Source: Acidiferrobacterales bacterium (GTDB taxonomy: Bacteria > Pseudomonadota > Gammaproteobacteria > Acidiferrobacterales > JAJDNE01). Taken from it: 59,968 nt of DNA. A program made the translations under genes and the position numbers. Under the pieces are notes generated by a model that did not search any database, was not told where the DNA came from, and saw only the letters and a list, made by a program, of their open reading frames with translations. The stretch is taken from the NCBI GenBank assembly GCA_036446455.1, contig JAZFSZ010000093.1, forward strand, positions 1 through 59,968, in the 5' to 3' direction. Position 1 is the first letter of the stretch; the number at the start of each line of letters is the position of its first letter. Below are positions 54,066 through 59,968 of this stretch, one piece after another.

Positions 54066-55379
54066 ATGAAAAAGAAGACGATAAAAAAGGACCACGGCGG
54101 GGGTTTTCTGAAAGGCGTTATTCGCCAGATAAAACATTCGCGCAAGGCAGTCACTATTCTGTTTACCGATGTTGAGGGGTCAACAAGCTACTGGGATCGA
54201 CACGGTGATGTCAAAGGACGGCTGATGATTGATCAGCACAACCGTGTTGTGTTTCCCATCATACGTCAGTTCAAGGGAAAGATAGTTAAAACTATCGGTG
54301 ATGCAGTGATGGCTTCATTCCACGATCCGGAGCAGGCTGTGAAGGCGGCGATTGCCGTTCAGCAGGGTCTGGAAAAGAAACGCAAGGATGATCGATCCTT
54401 CCGTATGCATGTACGTGTCGGGGTTCATACAGGGCAGGCGATAGTCGAGAACCAGGACGTGTTCGGTGACGTTGTAAACGTGGCCGCCCGCATCGAGAGT
54501 CGCGGCAAGGGCGATGAGATACTGGTATCCGGTGCGACGGCGAGAGCGCTGAATAAAGACGCGTACCATTTGAAAAAGAAAGGTAGCTATGTTTTCAAGG
54601 GCAAACGGAATCCAGTAACGCTCTATCGCTGCAAGTGGCAAGATTCTGCCAAGTATATTGATACAGTCGAATTTCGCAGCTTGTTACCTTACGTCGCCCG
54701 GCAAAAGGTGGAGCTACTTGTGCACACAATCGCCACCATCAGTGTACTTTACTTTCTATATATTAAATATGTGCGTTATCTCATTGTTGATTCGGAGCGG
54801 CTTGCCGCATGGGCGCTGGATCCCGGTGCAATCCTCAATGTACATCCGGTGATTCCGGTTTCAGTTGTGATTGTACTGGCGATCGGTGTGCAGCTGTTCG
54901 GCAGCATTCACACCATTCCCCATACGGTGTTGCGCTTCGTCAAAGGTGGCTTCGGTTATGCGGTCGGATTCGCGATCGTTATCCTTGTCGCGGCAACCCT
55001 GACTGGCCAGACAGAGCGGGAGATTAGAAAAGTCATGATGCGTTCTAATCATTTATTTGTTGAGGTGCTGAACAATAATACCGAGCTGCGTTCGCGGGCA
55101 AGCCTGGACGGGAAAGTAATCCAACGCGTTCAAAAGGGAGATTTGATGTTGCTTGCCGACGTGAAAAAATACAAGGGGGTGACCTGGAACAAGGTGTTTC
55201 TGGGCAATAACCAGTACGGTTGGGTGCAACGCGTTGTGCCGCCACGAATCGGTGTGCCAGAAAAACGGCTTACTGTCGCCTACAAATTTTACTTCAGACG
55301 ACTTGATGTATTTGCCCTGGTTGGAGGGCTAATGGGTTTTGTCTGGGGGTTCCTCAATTTTCGCATTCGGCCGGTTTAA
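54066..55379 (+). CDS. Class III adenylate/guanylate cyclase with C-terminal TM bundle, SH3b-like domain and terminal TM helix
   Basis: Cyclase motifs ILFTDVEGST and TIGDAVMASF. About 4 hydrophobic helices at residues ~215-325. SH3b-like RSRASLDGKVIQRVQKGDLMLL...WNKVFLGNNQYGWV. Final helix is FALVGGLMGFVWGFL. Confidence 0.75.
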   Translation: MKKKTIKKDHGGGFLKGVIRQIKHSRKAVTILFTDVEGSTSYWDRHGDVKGRLMIDQHNRVVFPIIRQFKGKIVKTIGDAVMASFHDPEQAVKAAIAVQQGLEKKRKDDRSFRMHVRVGVHTGQAIVENQDVFGDVVNVAARIESRGKGDEILVSGATARALNKDAYHLKKKGSYVFKGKRNPVTLYRCKWQDSAKYIDTVEFRSLLPYVARQKVELLVHTIATISVLYFLYIKYVRYLIVDSERLAAWALDPGAILNVHPVIPVSVVIVLAIGVQLFGSIHTIPHTVLRFVKGGFGYAVGFAIVILVAATLTGQTEREIRKVMMRSNHLFVEVLNNNTELRSRASLDGKVIQRVQKGDLMLLADVKKYKGVTWNKVFLGNNQYGWVQRVVPPRIGVPEKRLTVAYKFYFRRLDVFALVGGLMGFVWGFLNFRIRPV

Positions 55380-55482
55380 CCTTGTGCAAGACCATAGCGT
55401 CTGCCACTCCGTTTACCAAGTCTGGTTATTGAAAAGTCGTTTGCCGCAGAGACGCTGAGGTGCAGAGCAAACTAATAAAAAT

Positions 55483-55501
55483 GGCCGGCTAATAGCCGGC
55501 C
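55483..55501. terminator. Bidirectional stem-loop between the convergent cyclase and metG genes
   Basis: GGCCGGCT-AAT-AGCCGGCC, flanked by AAAAAT on the left and TTAAATTT on the right. Confidence 0.6.
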
Positions 55502-55567
55502 TTAAATTTGGAAATAATTCCCTGTACAGCGATCTTTAGATCGCCCTTAATATTTTCTCTGCGCGAT

Positions 55568-55611
55568 GTACATGGACGTACAAGTGTCGCGGGCGCAGGA
55601 TGCGCAAGAGC
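55568..55611. repeat. Third copy of the dispersed GTRCATGGACGYACRAG motif with its extended partner
   Basis: GTACATGGACGTACAAG at 55568-84. 55585-55611 resembles 35996-36023. Confidence 0.55.
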
Positions 55612-55637
55612 GACCCTCCGCGTCTCTGCGGCAAATA

Positions 55638-57683
55638 TTATTTTATGCGCATTCCCGGCTTTGCACCGTCATCGGGCGACAGAATCCACAGGTCTTTGCC
55701 GCCGGGGCCGGCAGCCAGCACCATACCCTCGGAAATACCGAAACGCATTTTACGAGGTGCGAGATTGGCAACCATGACCGTAAGCTTTCCTTCCAGGTCT
55801 TCCGGGTTGTAGGCCGATTTTATACCGGCGAACACATTGCGCGTCTCGCCGCCGAGATCCAGCGTCAGCCGCAGTAATTTATCTGCCCCTTCTACATATT
55901 CTGCCTTGGTGATTAACGCGACACGCAAGTCCACTTTGGCAAAATCATCGAATTCAATGATATCCCGAATGGGGTCGTCTGCCAGTGAGGCAGAGTCAGT
56001 TCTAGTTTCACTCAAAGGTGCTAGCTCCTCTTTTGCCTGATCCAGCATGGCATCAATTTGTGTTTGTTCAACACGGGTCATAATGTGTTTGAACTTGTTG
56101 ATCGTGTGTTTCAGTAGCGGCGACGCGGCGCTGTCCCAGCTCATGGGAGATACGCCGAGAAAGGCCTCGGCTTTTTCTGCCGTGACCGGGATGATGGGTT
56201 TGAGATATCCCATCAAGACGTAAAACAGATTCAGACCCTGTGTACAGATGGCTTGCAGGTCGTTATCGCGGCCTTCCTGTTTCGCCACTACCCAGGGTTC
56301 TTTGTCATTTATATACTGATTGGCCTGATCCGCCAGCGCCATGATCTCACGTACTGCACGCGAGAATTCACGATTTTCAAAATAGCCAGCGATGGCAGTA
56401 CCGGCTGAGACAAATTTTGCATACAGCGCCGGTTCCGGCAGGATATCGGCCAGCTTGCCGTCAAAACGCTTAGTGATAAAGCCGGCGCAACGGCTGGCAA
56501 TGTTGACCACCTTGCCGACGAGATCGGAGTTCACTCGCAACAGGAAGTCTTCCAGATTGAGGTCAATATCCTCAACCGTATTGCTGAGCTTGGCGGCATA
56601 GTAATAACGCAGGTATTCCGGGTTCAGGTGGTCGAGATAAGTGCGGGCATTGATAAAAGTGCCACGCGATTTCGACATCTTGTTGCCATTCACAGTAAGA
56701 AAGCCATGGGTAAAGATCGCGGTTGGCTGTCGGTAGCCGGAGCCGTTCAACACCGCCGGCCAGAAAAGGGCGTGAAAGTAGAGAATGTCCTTGCCGATAA
56801 AGTGATAAACCTCGGCATCGCTTCCCGGCTTCCACCAGGCATCGAAGTCCAAACCTTCGCGATCGCATAATTGTTTGAAGCTGGCCATGTAACCTATGGG
56901 CGCATCTAGCCAGACATAGAAATATTTTCCCGGTGCGTCCGGAATCTCGAAACCGAAGTAGGGCGCGTCGCGGGAGATGTCCCAGTCCCTGAGCCCGCCT
57001 TCAAACCACTCGGTGAGTTTATTGGCCACTTCTTCCTGCACATGGCGCACGTCGGTATCGTCGGCGTGCACCCATTCGCGCAACATGGTTTCAAAATCGG
57101 CCAGCTTGAAGAAGTGGTGTTCGGATTCCTTGTCAATTGGCACCGCACCCGAAACTACGGAGCGCGGATTCTTTAACTCGCTGGCATCGTAGGAGGAGCC
57201 GCAGACCTCACAGTTATCGCCGTACTGGTCCTCGGCGCCGCAACGGGGGCAGGTGCCTTTGATGAAACGGTCCGGAAGGAACATCTCTTTCTCCGGATCG
57301 TAGGCCTGCTTGATGGTGCGTATGTCGATATGACCATTTTCTTTCAGGCGTTTGTAAATAGTCTCCGTAAATTCGCGATTCTCATCCGAATGGGTGGTAT
57401 AGAAATTATCGAACGAGATGGCGAAATCACGGAAGTCGCGCTGGTGCTCTTCGTGGATACGTTCGATCAGTTGTTCCGCTGTAATGCCCTCGCTCTGGGC
57501 TCGCAGCATGATAGGGGTGCCGTGGGCGTCGTCGGCGCAGACATAATAAATCTCATGGCCACGCATGCGCTGAAACCGGGTCCACACATCGGTCTGCACG
57601 TATTCCACCAAATGCCCGATATGGATGCTGCCGTTGGCATACGGCAGGGCGCTGGTGGCGAGTATTTTTCGTTGTTGGTTCAT
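55638..57683 (-). CDS. metG: Methionine--tRNA ligase (with C-terminal tRNA-binding domain)
   Basis: HIGH motif (ANGSIHIGH), KMSKS, zinc knuckle CPRCG...CEVCG, and the C-terminal EMAP/Trbp111-like domain. The ATG at 57683 is the likely start. Confidence 0.93.
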   Translation of the reverse strand: MNQQRKILATSALPYANGSIHIGHLVEYVQTDVWTRFQRMRGHEIYYVCADDAHGTPIMLRAQSEGITAEQLIERIHEEHQRDFRDFAISFDNFYTTHSDENREFTETIYKRLKENGHIDIRTIKQAYDPEKEMFLPDRFIKGTCPRCGAEDQYGDNCEVCGSSYDASELKNPRSVVSGAVPIDKESEHHFFKLADFETMLREWVHADDTDVRHVQEEVANKLTEWFEGGLRDWDISRDAPYFGFEIPDAPGKYFYVWLDAPIGYMASFKQLCDREGLDFDAWWKPGSDAEVYHFIGKDILYFHALFWPAVLNGSGYRQPTAIFTHGFLTVNGNKMSKSRGTFINARTYLDHLNPEYLRYYYAAKLSNTVEDIDLNLEDFLLRVNSDLVGKVVNIASRCAGFITKRFDGKLADILPEPALYAKFVSAGTAIAGYFENREFSRAVREIMALADQANQYINDKEPWVVAKQEGRDNDLQAICTQGLNLFYVLMGYLKPIIPVTAEKAEAFLGVSPMSWDSAASPLLKHTINKFKHIMTRVEQTQIDAMLDQAKEELAPLSETRTDSASLADDPIRDIIEFDDFAKVDLRVALITKAEYVEGADKLLRLTLDLGGETRNVFAGIKSAYNPEDLEGKLTVMVANLAPRKMRFGISEGMVLAAGPGGKDLWILSPDDGAKPGMRIK

Positions 57684-57948
57684 AGATCCGTGCCGGGGCA
57701 ATGAAAAAGCCGCACCATAGAATAATAGGGTACGGCCACGTTACTGGCCGGCAAAATAGCAGTTTTACCGCGATCAGGCTAGAAAAATCGGGGTTCAGCC
57801 GCAACCGAATAAAACCCCTCAACCATGTGGGGACTTTGTTATTATCCCGTCTCCAATGATGATATCCGGGCAATGACATTTAGGGGTTGGCAGTGTAGGA
57901 TGCGCCCCCACTTAGATAATTCCTGACTAAATTACTGGAGTATTACCC

Positions 57949-59040
57949 ATGGCGGATGTTAACCGGACGTTGATCGAAGGCGCCTTAAAAGAGATGGTCG
58001 ATCCCTATCTGGGCAAGGATCTCGTAAGTGCTAAATCCATCAAGAATATTGCCATTGATGGCGGCAAGGTCACCATCGATGTGGAGCTGGGTTTCCCGGC
58101 AAAGGGATACCACGAGACCCTGACCAGCGCACTTAAAGACAAGGTCAGTGCCATTGATAGTATCGATGACGTCACCGTTAATATTACTACCAATATTATA
58201 GGCCGCTCGGTACAGGCCGGTGTCAAACCCATCGAAGGAGTGAAGAATATCATTGCCATCGCGTCGGGTAAGGGCGGTGTCGGCAAATCGACAGTAGCGG
58301 TAAATATGGCCCTGGCACTGTCGGCCGAAGGCGCCAATGTCGGTATTCTGGATGCCGATATCTATGGCCCCAGTCAGCCCCGTATGTTGGGTGTGAGCGC
58401 CAAACCAGAGTCGGAAGACGGCAAGTCGCTGAAACCGATTACCAGTTACCACCTGCAGGCCATGTCCATCGGTTTTCTGATTGACGAAGAGACGCCAATG
58501 ATCTGGCGTGGCCCCATGGTGACGCAGGCGCTGGAGCAACTTTTACGCGATACCGCCTGGGATAATCTGGATTACATGATTATCGATCTGCCGCCGGGTA
58601 CCGGCGATATCCAGTTGACCCTGGCGCAGAAGGTACCGGTCAGTGGCGCCGTTATTGTCACCACACCGCAGGACATTGCTCTACTGGATGCTCGCAGGGC
58701 ACTGAAGATGTTCGAGAAGGTAGAAGTACCTGTGTTGGGTATTGTTGAGAACATGAGCACCCATATCTGTTCCGAGTGCGGTCACGAAGAACATATCTTT
58801 GGCGAGGGTGGTGGCGTTCGCATGGCCGATGACTACGATATCGACTTCCTCGGTTCTTTGCCGCTGGATATCCGCATTCGCCAGGAAACCGATGGCGGCA
58901 AACCGACCGTGGTAGCCGAACCCGACTGCCAGATTTCACGAATCTTTCGTGATATCGCCCGTCGTACGGCGGCGAAACTGGCATTGATGAAAAAGGACTA
59001 TGCTTCCAAGTTCCCGAATATTGTTATTCAGAACAGCTAA
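57949..59040 (+). CDS. apbC: Fe-S cluster carrier ATPase ApbC/Mrp
   Basis: 363 aa. Deviant Walker A SGKGGVGKST, the CSECGH CxxC motif, and an N-terminal DUF59-like domain. Divergent from metG, as in enterobacteria. Confidence 0.9.
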   Translation: MADVNRTLIEGALKEMVDPYLGKDLVSAKSIKNIAIDGGKVTIDVELGFPAKGYHETLTSALKDKVSAIDSIDDVTVNITTNIIGRSVQAGVKPIEGVKNIIAIASGKGGVGKSTVAVNMALALSAEGANVGILDADIYGPSQPRMLGVSAKPESEDGKSLKPITSYHLQAMSIGFLIDEETPMIWRGPMVTQALEQLLRDTAWDNLDYMIIDLPPGTGDIQLTLAQKVPVSGAVIVTTPQDIALLDARRALKMFEKVEVPVLGIVENMSTHICSECGHEEHIFGEGGGVRMADDYDIDFLGSLPLDIRIRQETDGGKPTVVAEPDCQISRIFRDIARRTAAKLALMKKDYASKFPNIVIQNS

Positions 59041-59061
59041 GGGAATATCGGGAAGCAAAAA

Positions 59062-59087
59062 AGCCGGGCAATGCCCGGCTTTTTTTA
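59062..59087. terminator. Rho-independent terminator (bidirectional) between apbC and the PilZ gene
   Basis: AGCCGGGC-AAT-GCCCGGCT, preceded by an A-run and followed by TTTTTTT. Confidence 0.8.
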
Positions 59088-59102
59088 TGATCATCGTATT
59101 GT

Positions 59103-59396
59103 TTAAACAACTGGACCAAGCAATTCCACACCCATGCCCTTGCTCGTTTTGTGTACCACCCGCGCCCGCATGGCCGCGGCCTCCGAACTCAGCAGAAACG
59201 CCTCCAGCGTCAGCACCACTTCGGAACCAATTTCCGGTAGTGGTCTGTTTCCTGCCAGCAGGTAAACACCTTTTTCGGTTATATTCCCCGTTTGCAGTGT
59301 CATCAATGGCCTGTTGGGCACCGCGACCAGCACGTCGAGTGACTTCTCCCGGCGTACTTGCGACCGTGCTCCCTGTGTATGGTTTCCCGTTCCCAT
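59103..59396 (-). CDS. Stand-alone PilZ-domain protein
   Basis: 97 aa from the ATG at 59396. RxxxR (RSQVR) and (D/N)x(S/T)xxG (NITEKG) c-di-GMP-binding motifs. The upstream part of the 158-aa track ORF is rejected. Confidence 0.6.
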   Translation of the reverse strand: MGTGNHTQGARSQVRREKSLDVLVAVPNRPLMTLQTGNITEKGVYLLAGNRPLPEIGSEVVLTLEAFLLSSEAAAMRARVVHKTSKGMGVELLGPVV

Positions 59397-59578
59397 CGCG
59401 GTTTCTTCCCTGCCTGGATGTGCTGGTATGCAAAATTGTACCGCGGAATTGGGCAGACAGTTGTGGAATATTTCACATTTTATCGGAATAACGATATCGG
59501 GCTCGACGATCCAGACAGGTTTGCTATGATTGCCGCGCCCGATTGGGGCAACATCACAACTGAAGATATTGACTGGCA

Positions 59579-59968
59579 ATGAGCATTAAACCGGATAAGT
59601 GGATTCGCCAAATGGCGGCAGCACACGGCATGATTGAACCGTTTGAACCCGGGCAGGTCCGGGAAGGAAAATCGGGCCGGCTGATTTCTTATGGCACATC
59701 AAGTTACGGTTACGATGTTCGTTGCTCGGATGAATTCAAGATATTCACCAATATCAATTCCGCCATCGTCGATCCCAAGGATTTTGATAATACCAGTTTT
59801 GTCGATTTCAAAGGTGATGTGTGTATCATTCCACCCAACTCGTTCGCACTCGCGCGCACCGTAGAGTACTTCCGTATTCCGCGAAATGTGTTAACGATCT
59901 GTCTGGGCAAATCGACCTACGCGCGGTGCGGCATCATCGTCAATGTGACACCGCTGGAACCGGAATGG
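59579..59968 (+). CDS. dcd: dCTP deaminase, N-terminal 130 codons (runs off the window; absent from the ORF track)
   Basis: The ATG at 59579 opens [22 protein letters not shown]...SSYGYDVRC...[48 protein letters not shown], the Pseudomonas-type Dcd sequence. Confidence 0.9.
   Translation, partial: MSIKPDKWIRQMAAAHGMIEPFEPGQVREGKSGRLISYGTSSYGYDVRCSDEFKIFTNINSAIVDPKDFDNTSFVDFKGDVCIIPPNSFALARTVEYFRIPRNVLTICLGKSTYARCGIIVNVTPLEPEW

Noticed and set aside
1-59968. Mobile elements, prophage, defence systems (RM, TA, CBASS, etc.), rRNA/tRNA genes
   Set aside because: No transposase, integrase, phage structural, restriction/methylase-pair or toxin-antitoxin-like ORFs were recognised. No cloverleaf-like tRNA sequences (no GTTCGAATC-type T-arm) were seen in the intergenic regions. 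The PIN-PhoH protein is a conserved housekeeping-type fusion, not a TA toxin.

Overview
Gene-dense chromosomal segment of about 50% GC that looks gammaproteobacterial: it has the metG/apbC/dcd neighbourhood and a Pseudomonas-type Dcd N-terminus. All family calls come from reading motifs by eye, since no BLAST or HMM search was possible. I recognised no rRNA, tRNA, CRISPR array, transposase, integrase or phage genes.

Gene order along the window:
- An LRR protein fragment, then bioA, PIN-PhoH, bcp and class II RNR (nrdJ).
- The AmmeMemoRadiSam triad (amrS divergent from amrB-amrA).
- Membrane proteins, a secreted dioxygenase-like protein and a methyltransferase.
- A canonical GGDEF-EAL sensor.
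- A 588-bp repeat-rich convergent spacer.
- An Atm1-like ABC exporter and a receiver-PAS-GGDEF-EAL protein with degenerate catalytic motifs.
- An orphan ABC ATPase, then argF-argD.
- A small membrane gene pair.
- A 2-oxoacid dehydrogenase operon whose E2 and E3 are fused into one 1012-aa polypeptide.
- argG, a 1394-aa membrane-GAF-PAS-GGDEF-EAL protein and gloA.
- An 838-bp repeat-bearing non-coding region.
- A complete form-I (Mo-Cu) aerobic CO dehydrogenase cluster: coxMSL-G-D-E, XdhC-YHS fusion, mocA, second XdhC, sufS, sufU.
- A TIGR02466-like 2OG oxygenase.
- A four-gene MNIO/DUF692 RiPP metallophore cluster: HvfA-like Cys-Gly precursor, HvfB, HvfC and DoxX.
- A translationally coupled ferredoxin-nth-FIST-DUF1841 operon.
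- A class III cyclase with TM and SH3b modules.
- metG, apbC, a PilZ protein and the start of dcd.

Most interesting: the copper-type RiPP cluster lies immediately next to a Mo-Cu CODH maturation cluster that also carries its own cysteine desulfurase pair and an XdhC-YHS metal-domain fusion. The E2-E3 fusion and the functionally unsolved AmmeMemoRadiSam triad follow.
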